Translations under genes and position numbers: made by a program
The notes under the pieces: generated by a model
What the model was told of the DNA's origin: nothing
The model's input: the letters and a program-made list of their open reading frames with translations, nothing else
Databases searched by the model: none
Source: Acidobacteriota bacterium
GTDB taxonomy: Bacteria; Acidobacteriota; UBA6911; JACQSX01
Length of the DNA: 28,027 nucleotides
Reading direction: 5' to 3'
Assembly: GCA_036507075.1 (NCBI GenBank)
Contig: DASXQR010000067.1
Span: forward strand, 1-28,027
In this document: piece by piece, positions 16,846-25,900 of the stretch
Numbering within the stretch: position 1 is the first letter of the stretch
Layout: each line of letters starts with the position of its first letter

Positions 16846-17431
16846 TGAAGTGCCGGATGCTCTCCGGCAGAGTGCGCGTCAAAATCCATAAGTCGACGGC
16901 GGGAGACCAGTTTGATATGTACTCGAGATCAGACTTCAGACGATCAGCGATGGAGCTGTCGCCGCGCCACCCGCGGATCTGCGCCAGTCCGGTGAGGCCG
17001 GGCAAAACCTGATGGCGTAGAGGAAAGTCAGGCAGGGAACTGGTGAAAATCTGCGCGAACTCGGGTCGCTCCGGACGCGGCCCAACCAGACTCATGTCAC
17101 CTCGGAGGATGTTCCAGAGCTGAGGAATTTCGTCCAGACCCGTGCGTCGCAGAAATCCTCCCGGCGCCGTACATCGCGGATCATTGGCGCGCGCCCAAAC
17201 CGGAACTCCGTTCTCGGCGTCCTGTCGCATGGTGCGGAATTTGAACATCGTAAAAGAGAGACCGTCCTTGCCCAGGCGGCGCTGTCGGATCAGGATCGGG
17301 CCGGGAGAGGTGGCCCACACCAGTGCCGCAATCGCGAGCGCCGGCAGCGCCAACACGCCTCCCAGCAACGCCGCACCACAAACATCCATTACTCTCTTTA
17401 TCTGTTTAGCGTAGCCGCTTTCTGATTTCAT
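16829..17431 (-). CDS. Monotopic phosphoglycosyl transferase (bacterial sugar transferase, WcaJ/PglC catalytic domain)
   Basis: 'IKRVMDV', 'FTMFKFRTM', 'DPRCT..GGFLRRTGLDEIPQLWNILRGDMSLVGPRPERP' and 'PGLTGLAQIRGWRG'. Start set at ATG 17431. Confidence 0.93.
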   Translation of the reverse strand: MKSESGYAKQIKRVMDVCGAALLGGVLALPALAIAALVWATSPGPILIRQRRLGKDGLSFTMFKFRTMRQDAENGVPVWARANDPRCTAPGGFLRRTGLDEIPQLWNILRGDMSLVGPRPERPEFAQIFTSSLPDFPLRHQVLPGLTGLAQIRGWRGDSSIADRLKSDLEYISNWSPAVDLWILTRTLPESIRHFRSSRQ

Positions 17432-17447
17432 GCTCAAGTTCCGGTGC

Positions 17448-17580
17448 TGCCACGAAGGCACGAAGACACGAAGATAAGGCTGATCTCAGAGTGTCACTTT
17501 TAGGAACATGATTCCGGATTTCGTAATGTGTCACTTCAAAATAAATACGGAAACCTTCGTGTCTTCGTGCCTTCGTGGCA
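17448..17580. repeat. MITE-like element with a perfect 26-bp inverted repeat
   Basis: TGCCACGAAGGCACGAAGACACGAAG (17448-17473) / CTTCGTGTCTTCGTGCCTTCGTGGCA (17555-17580) around an AT-rich 81-bp spacer. Confidence 0.9.
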
Positions 17581-17656
17581 CCTCGGCCGTTGGGCCGATA
17601 CAATTTTTTGGATTGATTTCATCCATTTCCTTTTTCTATTTCTTCGTCAACGCAAG

Positions 17657-17675
17657 TACAATATCGCAATTGGAG
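17657..17675 (+). promoter_or_regulatory. Candidate -10 box (TACAAT) and RBS (GGAG)
   Basis: TACAAT at 17657-17662 and GGAG at 17672-17675 precede ATG 17683; the -35 element is poor. Confidence 0.35.
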
Positions 17676-17682
17676 TGCTGGG

Positions 17683-18729
17683 ATGAGAAAAACGATCCAT
17701 CTTGCTCTGTTGCTGATTCTGGCCTCTGTGGCGGCCGTGGCACAGCAGTTGACCTTTTTCTTTCCGCAAATTGCCGACGGCGGTCCAAACCCCATTTTTC
17801 GGACTGCGATTGTTTTGATCAACAACGGAGACGTAGTTGCCAACGGAACCATCCGGTTTGTACGGCCTGACGGGACTCCGTTTGTTTTAACGCTGAAGGA
17901 CGGTAGAACCGGCAGCGAATTTACGTTCAAGCTGGAACCGAAGCAGACCGCGCTTCTGGAAACCACCGGCGAGGGCCAGTTGAGAAATGGCTACGCTGTG
18001 GTTACCAGCGATCGAACCATCGGCGGCACCGCGATCTTCTCGCAGTTTGACGCCACCGGAAAACTGGTGACTGAAGCCGGCGTGCCCGCGTCGCCGAATC
18101 TGAATAATTTTACAATTTTTGTCGACACGCGCACGGGATTCAACACCGGACTGGCGATAGCAAATGCCGGCAGCACCGCAAGCAATCTCACATTTCGATT
18201 GCTGAAACTGGATTCGAGCCCGCTGGCGGTAACGCCGGCTACCCTGACTTTGGGCGCCAATCAGCATCGGGCGCAGTTTGTGACGGAATTCTCCGAATTC
18301 GGGAATGCTTCCGCAAACGTGGTCGGCTCCCTGGAAGTGAGCGCTACTGCGCCGGTCTCGGCTGTTACGCTGCGCACCAGCCCCAGCTCGCTTACCACGA
18401 CTCCCATCGTTCCCCGTCCCGCGGCGGCAAAGATTTCCACCGGCAGCAGCGAAGCAATACTGGAGCGTGTAACTTTGGGTGAAGCGGAGGAAGGAGGCGT
18501 TGCTGTTACCCTTGAAGTGGGTGACTCTCCCGAACCCATCCAGAGCTTCATCCTTCGCTTCATGCGTGACGGCGCTCTCATTCAGGAACAAATTGAAGCC
18601 GCAGCTCGGGGGAAATCTCAGTTTCGTTTTGTCGCCGGGAGCCTGACGATATCCGATATCGATCAGGTTCACATTCGACCGGTCTTTGCCAGCGGTTTGC
18701 TGGGTAAGAGCAGCATCCACAAGAAATAA
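17683..18729 (+). CDS. Secreted beta-rich protein of unknown function
   Basis: Sec signal (MRKTIHLALLLILASVAAVA|QQ). Two internal beta-sandwich-like repeats ('FPQIADGG...TAIVLINNG', 'FVDTRTGFNTGLAIANAG') and a Ser/Thr/Pro linker. Confidence 0.85.
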   Translation: MRKTIHLALLLILASVAAVAQQLTFFFPQIADGGPNPIFRTAIVLINNGDVVANGTIRFVRPDGTPFVLTLKDGRTGSEFTFKLEPKQTALLETTGEGQLRNGYAVVTSDRTIGGTAIFSQFDATGKLVTEAGVPASPNLNNFTIFVDTRTGFNTGLAIANAGSTASNLTFRLLKLDSSPLAVTPATLTLGANQHRAQFVTEFSEFGNASANVVGSLEVSATAPVSAVTLRTSPSSLTTTPIVPRPAAAKISTGSSEAILERVTLGEAEEGGVAVTLEVGDSPEPIQSFILRFMRDGALIQEQIEAAARGKSQFRFVAGSLTISDIDQVHIRPVFASGLLGKSSIHKK

Positions 18730-20393
18730 TGGACAGCCGGCGTCCTCGGATTCCCGGCTGGGCGACTGCGCTTCTGCTGCTGTTAATCACCTTTCTGATT
18801 TACCAGGTTTCCCTGCGCGCCCCTTTTCAATTCGATGATCGCCTCTTTCTAAACGATCCCAACGTCCGCGCTCCAGGCGGCTGGCTTCGGATGAGTCAAG
18901 CCGGCTGGTCCCGCTGGCTGCCATGGCTCACCTTTCACTGGAATTTCCGTCTCGCCGACGAAAACCCTCTCTGGTACCACGCAGTGAATCTGTTTTTGCA
19001 CTTGATCAACGTTGTACTGGTGGGCGCAGTCGTCCGGGAGTGGGAGAGCGGGAGAGGGGGAGAGTGGGAGATTCCGACTTTGAACTCAGGAACCATTGCT
19101 GCGGCAATTTTTGCCCTTCATCCGCTGCAAACCGAAGCGGTCAATTACATCTACCAGCGCACTGTGCTGCTGGCAGGCTGTTTCGGTTTCGCAGCGCTTC
19201 TCCTGTTCTTCCGCTTTCTGGAAGGAAGCAGAAGGGCCATTGTTGGAGTCGTCGGGTTATTGGTATTAGCGATCATGAGCAAGGAATCGGCCGTCGGATT
19301 TGTGCCGATTCTCTTTATGGCGTTCGCATTTTCCCGATCCTCAGGCAAATTCCGCCCCTATCTTACCGTGCTCGCAGCGGCGCCGGTCCTGGCAATGCTC
19401 GTCTGGATGCTTCGCTCTCATCGCTATTTGTTCACCGAAACACTGGTGTTCTGGCGTTACCTGGCATTGTGGGTATATCCGGCAGGGCTGAACATCGATC
19501 ACGATGTTCCCGTCGTCCAGGGAGTGTCACTTCAGGTTGCATTATCGATTCTCGCCCTGGCGGGTCTTATTTTTCTTTTCATTGCGCTGAGGAATCGTTA
19601 CCCGGCGCTGAGTTTCTGGTTTTTTGCTTTCCTGTTTTTGCTGATTCCCACTTCAAGCGTGATTGCCGCCCCGGACGCCATGTTTGAGCATCGGATGTAT
19701 CTGCCAATGCTGGGACTGGCCGGGATGGCCGGAAATCTTTTCCTGCTTCTGTTGCCGCGATTTCCTCGAATTGTCCTGCCGGTAACGGTTATGTGCCTGA
19801 TTATCTGGTCGGCTGTATCGGTGCTGCGCAACCGGGTCTGGCTTTCCGAAGTGAGCCTGTGGGAGAGCGCCGCGGCGCAGTCGCCGCGGAAATATCGCCC
19901 GCATTACAATCTGGGCACGCTGCTGCTGACCATCGACCCGCCGCGCGCGGCACGCTCCTTTGAAAGGGCGCTGCAGCAGCAGCCTGATTCCCTGGCCGCC
20001 TGGCACAATCTGGGCCAGGCACGGGCGTTTTCCGGAAATGACGCCGGCGCGGTCGTCGCCTGGGACCAGGGGTTGAAGCTTTATCCCCAATCGGCAATCA
20101 TGCACCAGGCGCTGGGTGCGCTGTATTCCCGCAAGCGCGACTTCAATCCGGCACGGGAGCATCTGGTCGCGGCCATGCGCCTGGAGCCCCGCTCGCATGC
20201 GACCTTCTACGAGTTGGCCCTGCTGTTTTTCCGTTTTGGGATGCTCGAGGAAGCGCTCCGCTATGGCGAGCGATCGCTGGAGCTGGACGACAGCAAAGCA
20301 GAAACCTTCCTGCTTGTATCGGCGATACTGAGACAACAGGGCAACGTCGAAGCGGCCGAAAAATACCGCCGCGAGGCTGAGAGGCGCAAATGA
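18729..20393 (+). CDS. TMTC-like membrane GT-C glycosyltransferase with C-terminal TPRs
   Basis: 'PFQFDD', 'YHAVNLFLHLIN', 'IFALHPLQTEAVNYIYQR', 'MSKES', 'FEHRMYLP' and 'RNRVW.SEVSLWE', then several TPRs. 1-bp overlap with the upstream gene. Confidence 0.9.
   Translation: MDSRRPRIPGWATALLLLLITFLIYQVSLRAPFQFDDRLFLNDPNVRAPGGWLRMSQAGWSRWLPWLTFHWNFRLADENPLWYHAVNLFLHLINVVLVGAVVREWESGRGGEWEIPTLNSGTIAAAIFALHPLQTEAVNYIYQRTVLLAGCFGFAALLLFFRFLEGSRRAIVGVVGLLVLAIMSKESAVGFVPILFMAFAFSRSSGKFRPYLTVLAAAPVLAMLVWMLRSHRYLFTETLVFWRYLALWVYPAGLNIDHDVPVVQGVSLQVALSILALAGLIFLFIALRNRYPALSFWFFAFLFLLIPTSSVIAAPDAMFEHRMYLPMLGLAGMAGNLFLLLLPRFPRIVLPVTVMCLIIWSAVSVLRNRVWLSEVSLWESAAAQSPRKYRPHYNLGTLLLTIDPPRAARSFERALQQQPDSLAAWHNLGQARAFSGNDAGAVVAWDQGLKLYPQSAIMHQALGALYSRKRDFNPAREHLVAAMRLEPRSHATFYELALLFFRFGMLEEALRYGERSLELDDSKAETFLLVSAILRQQGNVEAAEKYRREAERRK
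19036..19071. repeat. Octamer (GGGAGAGN) tandem repeat within the TMTC-like gene
   Basis: GGGAGT GGGAGAGC GGGAGAGG GGGAGAGT GGGAGA, translated as REWESGRGGEWE between two TM helices. Confidence 0.7.
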
Positions 20394-21895
20394 TGCCGCT
20401 GCTTGCCATCTTCGGCGCCGGACTGCTGCTTCGTCTGTGGCTCATCTGGTTAAGTCCGGCAATTTATGGCGGCGATCCAATATTGCGTTTGGTGTACCAC
20501 GATCGGCTGTTGCTGGCTTACCAGTTGCCGCTGTTCCAGATGCTTATTTACGCTGTCGCCTGGATCTCACGTGATCCGTTCTGGATCAGGGTGATGGTCT
20601 CGGTAATCGGGGCCCTCGCCGGGGTGTTTTTTTATTTGCTGTCCCGGGAGCTGCTGCCGCCGCCGGCCGCGGCAATAGCCGCAATCCTTTTCGTCTGCAA
20701 TCCGTATCTGCTTCACTTTTCCATCGTGCCTTACCAGGAAATGGCGATGTTGCTGTTTCTCCTGGCCGGTGTTTACTTCTACTGGAGGGGAAAGGTTTTG
20801 CCGGCTTCCGCTCTGCTGGCGCTGGCCTGCCTTACTCGTTATGAGGCCTGGATAGTGGCCGCCGTTTGCGCCGTGGATTATGCGCTGCAGCCGAGGTTTT
20901 CAGGCGTAGAGACGCGGCATGCCGCGTCAGAGCTCAGACGCGACATGTCGCGTCTCTACAAAGCAATGATTCTCTTTCTTTGGGCTCCGCTGGTTTGGAT
21001 TGCTTGCTGGCATGGCCTCAGCCCCTCAGGCACGTTTGTGTTGGCTGGCAGCTTGAGCTGGGGAAGGTTGTATCGATTGATCGCGGTCTCCAGAGCCGTT
21101 GCTTCCGGGTTGGGATGGCTGCTGATTCCTTTCTTTGTTCTGGGCCTGGCTGTCTCCCTTGGAAGAATATCCCCTCAATGGCCGGAACCGGCTGCCGCCG
21201 CGCGCCGCCCAGCCCTTTTTCTGCTGTTGCTGGCGCTGCTATTCTCTATCAGTATTCTTTTCTCCGCGCATGGAGTGGATCCCGACCCGGAGCGCTGGGT
21301 CACGTTTCGAGAGGGCCATCTACCCGTGGTCGTGGCGCTTTTGTTCACGGGAGCAGGCGTCAACCGGACGATTCTTTGGAGTCGCCGCAATTTTTGGGTG
21401 GCGTCCTCGCTGGTGCTGCTGCTGTCAGGATATTCTCTGGTTCGCGCCCAGCAATGGGTGCAAAGAAGCGCCAGACAGCCGGCGCTCGAGCTTGATCTAC
21501 AGGCGGCGCGCTTCATTGAGCCGTTCTTGCAGCGCGGGGAACTGGTGGCAGTGCTGGCGCGTCCTGTTCCGGAAGTGGAAATTGAAAAGTATCTGAACCA
21601 GGCTGAAAGAACCGGAGGCGAGACCGGATTGAAGCGGGCACGCGAGATTCTGCGTTCTCTTAATCCCGGCCCCGAAGATTATCAGCGTTTGCTGGCCTAT
21701 ACCGGCGCCGACCGGGATCTGCTGATCCAGGGAACAGCGATCGGAAACTCCAGGCCGAAGTTGATACTGGTTTTCTCCGATGCCGATTCTCAAGCCATGA
21801 AGGCCATGACACCGCTGCTGTCGCAACAGTACGAACCACCGCATTTTCTCGAGGCTTACCCTAAGCGTGTAGCTATTTACCAACAGCACCATTGA
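20390..21895 (+). CDS. GT-C fold membrane glycosyltransferase (ArnT/PMT-like)
   Basis: 'LLRLWLI...YGGDPILR', 'SIVPYQEM' and 'ACLTRYEAW'; multi-TM; ATGA overlap with the upstream gene. Confidence 0.78.
   Translation: MMPLLAIFGAGLLLRLWLIWLSPAIYGGDPILRLVYHDRLLLAYQLPLFQMLIYAVAWISRDPFWIRVMVSVIGALAGVFFYLLSRELLPPPAAAIAAILFVCNPYLLHFSIVPYQEMAMLLFLLAGVYFYWRGKVLPASALLALACLTRYEAWIVAAVCAVDYALQPRFSGVETRHAASELRRDMSRLYKAMILFLWAPLVWIACWHGLSPSGTFVLAGSLSWGRLYRLIAVSRAVASGLGWLLIPFFVLGLAVSLGRISPQWPEPAAAARRPALFLLLLALLFSISILFSAHGVDPDPERWVTFREGHLPVVVALLFTGAGVNRTILWSRRNFWVASSLVLLLSGYSLVRAQQWVQRSARQPALELDLQAARFIEPFLQRGELVAVLARPVPEVEIEKYLNQAERTGGETGLKRAREILRSLNPGPEDYQRLLAYTGADRDLLIQGTAIGNSRPKLILVFSDADSQAMKAMTPLLSQQYEPPHFLEAYPKRVAIYQQHH
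20906..20959. repeat. Pair of GTAG-type REP hairpins in frame within a GT-C gene
   Basis: GTAGAGACGCGGCATGCCGCGTC...AGACGCGACATGTCGCGTCTCTAC; 54 bp; each half is itself palindromic. Confidence 0.88.
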
Positions 21896-21918
21896 AACTA
21901 AACATCGATCTATTATTA

Positions 21919-21981
21919 AAATCCGTGAAATTCGTGAAATTCGTGTAATTCGTGCTCAACATGAAATTCGTGTAATTCGTG
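21919..21981. repeat. Nonamer tandem array (WAATTCGTG)n
   Basis: Six copies in 9-bp phase with one interrupting nonamer (CTCAACATG). Confidence 0.88.
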
Positions 21982-21984
21982 TTT

Positions 21985-22959
21985 ATGAATGATCCGTTGC
22001 ACCGCGGCCTCAAACTGGAATTTCGAGAGACCTTCCATCCCATGGGCGCGGAACTTATCGTCGAAAGCAATCGGGCGGCCGTGATGGAAGCGGCCCGCGA
22101 GAGCTTTGGACGTTATCCCGCAGTGCCGGATGCTTTTGCCCGGCAGTACCGCGTCCGGTTAATGGTTGATGCAGATTTTGTGGAATCTCCTCCCTGGGCT
22201 GATCCGTTGTTTCGCGGCCACGGGAAGTTCCTGCACATTCAGGTAGGGAGGGAAAACTTTGCTGTGGCCGATCTGCAGCAGCGCGTCGCTTGCGGTTTTA
22301 TTTCGCCTGCGATGTCGTCTGATACAAGTTTCTTTCGCGCCGTCATCCTGGAATGTTTGTTTCTGGTAATGTTGACTCACACGCAGTACACCTACCTCCA
22401 CGCCGCTGCGATTGTCCGGAACGGTGAGGCGATTCTCCTGGCCGGACAGCGCCTGGCCGGCAAGAGCACGCTGGCTTATGCGTGTGGACGATGCGATTTT
22501 CAGATTCTGAGTGACGACGTGATTTACATTGACCGAAGCCGGCCTTTACGGATCTGGGGCCGGCCCTGGCACATCAGATTGCTGCCCGATGCGGTGCGCT
22601 TCTTTCCCGAGTTGCAGTCCCTGGAACCGCGAGCCCAGATAAACAACGAGATCTGTTTGGAGGTAGATCTGAATCGCTTCCTGCCGGGCCGCGCCGTCCC
22701 TTGCGCCTCCGCCCGGGCTATTTTTTTTCTGGAGCGCGAAGGCGCACTCACGACGCGCGCCGAACCGCTTTCGGCCGGCGAGGCGGTGGCGCTAATGCAA
22801 AGTGATCTGATGCTGGATAACGAGGAAGTCATGCGGCTACACTTAGAAGCGTGGCAGGAGATGGCGCGCCGCCTCCCGGCATTCCGATTATCGATGGCAG
22901 ACAACCCGCATCAGGCAGCGGGCTTCTTAAAGGATTTTTGCGAAGAGCAGTTGGCATGA
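21985..22959 (+). CDS. HPr kinase/phosphorylase-like P-loop kinase
   Basis: 'LHAAAIVRNGEAILLAGQRLAGKSTLAYA...ILSDD': His, Walker A and DD signature of the HprK C-terminal fold. I see no recognisable canonical HprK N-terminal domain. Confidence 0.85.
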   Translation: MNDPLHRGLKLEFRETFHPMGAELIVESNRAAVMEAARESFGRYPAVPDAFARQYRVRLMVDADFVESPPWADPLFRGHGKFLHIQVGRENFAVADLQQRVACGFISPAMSSDTSFFRAVILECLFLVMLTHTQYTYLHAAAIVRNGEAILLAGQRLAGKSTLAYACGRCDFQILSDDVIYIDRSRPLRIWGRPWHIRLLPDAVRFFPELQSLEPRAQINNEICLEVDLNRFLPGRAVPCASARAIFFLEREGALTTRAEPLSAGEAVALMQSDLMLDNEEVMRLHLEAWQEMARRLPAFRLSMADNPHQAAGFLKDFCEEQLA

Positions 22960-25900
22960 AAATACGTAAACTGACAACTATCGCGGGTTGTTGCTTCTTA
23001 TCCCTGATAATGATTCCCGCTTCTTCGGCGTTGTTTGCGCAAGGCAGCACGGGCTCGATCTTCGGCACAGTGACCGATCCGAGTGGCGCCCTGGTGCCCG
23101 GAGCCACCATCAAAGTGAAGTGGCTCGGCGGCGGCTGGGAGCGGGAGATGATCACCGATGATCAGGGCGAATTCCGTCTGGCCGGATTGCCACCCGGGCA
23201 ATGGGTGCTGATGGCAGCCGCGCCCGGCTTTCGCAGCAGTCGCGCCCCCGTCTTTCTGGACGTAAACCAACAACTGCGCCGCGACTTTCAACTGCAGATC
23301 GGCATAGTTTCTTCCGTGGAGGTGATCGATCAGCGAGCGGCGCCTTCCGAATCGACCACCGTCAGTTTTGTAGTGCCGCCTGTTGGCGTGGCGGAGTTTC
23401 CGTTGAACGCGCGCGATTTCATGTCTCTGGTGGCACTGGGCCCGGGTCCGGTTTCACGGAACCTGGGCGGCTTTGCCACGGACGGATTTACCGATCTGCA
23501 GCCGCGGCGCGGCGAGGTGGGATTTAACTTTCCGATCAACGGTGCGCGGGCCAACATGAATACCCATCTGCTGGATGGAACCAGCAACAGCGACGGGCAC
23601 GTGCAGGCATTTGTCGTCAATCCGTCCATTGAATCTATTCTGGAGTTTCGCGTACAAACGTCCGGCTCCGGCCCGGAATTCGGACGCATGGCGGGCGGCC
23701 AGATCAACGTAGTCACCAAATCCGGCACCGAGAAAATTCATGGAAGTCTGTTCGAGTTTCTGCGCAATGAAAAACTGGATGCCCGGAATTTTTTTGATCC
23801 GCCCGACCAGAAGAAGATTCCCTTTAAACAGAGCCAGTTCGGAGGAGCCATCGGCGGGCCGGTGATAATTCCATTTGTGAAGCTCGGTGGCCGTTCTTTC
23901 TTTTTTGCCAGCTACGAAGGGCTGCGCTCCCGGCTGGCCCACACAGCGCTGATCACCGTTCCGACCGAAGCGCTGCGATCGGGGGATTTTGCCGGTCAAA
24001 AGCCGATCTTCGACCCGCAGGCGATCGATCCATCCACGGGCAAGCGCCGTCCATTTGCCGGAAACCGGATCCCACCGGGTCGCCTGGATCCCACTGCCCG
24101 CTTGCTGCTGGACCAATTCCAGCCCCTTCCCAACCGGCCGGGAGAGCTGAACAATTATGTCAACAGTCACCCCCAGGCCAATCGCCATGACGGGATCACG
24201 CTGCGCGTCGACCATGCCTTCAGCGAGCGCGATTTTGTTTTCGCCCGTTACACGCTGAATAACGATGATGACTTGACGCCGGGACTTTTTCCTGGAACGG
24301 GAACAGTAATCGACCTGCGGGCACAGAACCTGTCGTTTTCCTATAATCATTTGTTTTCGTCCGGCACGCAGAACGACTGGCGCTTTGGCTTTAACCGGCT
24401 GCGCCTTTTCGATGTGCCCGAAAATGCCTTCAAAAATGACGTGGTTGGCAGGCTGGGAATCAGCGGCATCGATCGCGATCCCGTTAACTTCGGCTTTCCC
24501 CGGTTTGACATCCCGGGCTTTGTGCTGGTTGGCGATGAGATCCTGCTCCCACTCTCCCAGCGCGACAATACATTTCACGTCGTGAATAACTTCACCACGA
24601 TCCGCAACAAGCATGTTCTCAAGCTGGGCGCGGAGTTTGAAAGGTTCCAGTACAACTTTCTGCAGCGCCAGAGCAGCCGGGGCCAATTCCAGTTTACTGG
24701 TGTGTTCAGTTCGGATCTCTCTGACTTTGAAGGAACCGGCGAGCCGTTTGCCGACTTCTTACTGGGATTGCCGCAGCGAACGATTCGCACGGTTGGCGCC
24801 GCTCAGGCGTATCTGCGACGCAGCTCTTTTTCCTGGTATCTGCAGGACGAATACAAAGTGACGCCCCGGCTCAACTTAAACCTGGGTTTGCGCTACGAGT
24901 ACTACGCGCCGTTCAGCGAGCGGCGAGACAATTACTTCAACCTTGATTACAGCCATTTGCCGCAGGCGCCGCGGCTGGTTGGCGCGCAGAAGAGCGGACC
25001 ACTCGGTCGCGCCCTGGCGCGTTCTGACAGAAACAATTTTGCTCCCCGCATCGGTTTTGCCTGGCGACCGTCCGCCGGAGCTCAGTCGCGCTGGGTGGTG
25101 CGCGGCGCATACGGCGTCTTTTATGATCAGGGCATTGGCGCGAGGTTTTACGATCTGGTGCGAAATGGAATCCGCACTGAGACAAACCAGGCGACGCCGG
25201 AGAAACCGTCGCTGACATTAAGGCAGGGATTTGCTTCCAGCGTCGACGCCGGCATTCCTTCCTACTTCAGTTCCGACGTCAATGGGCGGACCGCCTACAT
25301 GCAGAACTGGAACCTTGGCATCGAGTTTCCGGTCCCGGGCGCGATATCGGGTGAAGTGGCGTATGTCGGGGGCAAGGGGACCAAGCTGGAGCGGTATCGC
25401 ACCTTCAATACGCCGCTGCATGAGCTCACTGGAGGAAATCTGCCGCCGCGGCAGGGGCCGATCCAGGAACTCCGTTCTTTTCCGGATCTGGGCAAGATCA
25501 TCCATCGGGAAAACAGCGCCGCTTCTACATTTCATTCCCTGCAGGCGAAAGCGGAGCACAGGGTCTCTTCGAACTGCTATTTTTTTGCCTCATTTTCACT
25601 GGCAAAATCAATTGATGACGCGGATGGAATCCTGCCCGGTTTCTATGACAGCCTTCCGGCCCAGGACGAGCGAAATCTGAGGGCTGAGCGCGCTCTTTCC
25701 TTCTTTGACGTAAGGAAGCGATTCACTTCCAGCTTTGTGTGGCGTCTGCCAATCGGACGCGGTACCTCATTCTGGCCGGATTACGGATTTATCACCGGGC
25801 TGATGTCCAACTGGCAAGTGGCCGGAACCATCCTGGAACAGGACGGCACTCCGGTGAATCCTGTCATTTTCTCCAATCCTGCCAACGCGGACACTTCCAC

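Noticed and set aside
22851..22955. Upstream start for the TonB-dependent receptor
   Set aside because: It overlaps the kinase gene; ATG 22956 gives a signal peptide and an ATGA coupling.
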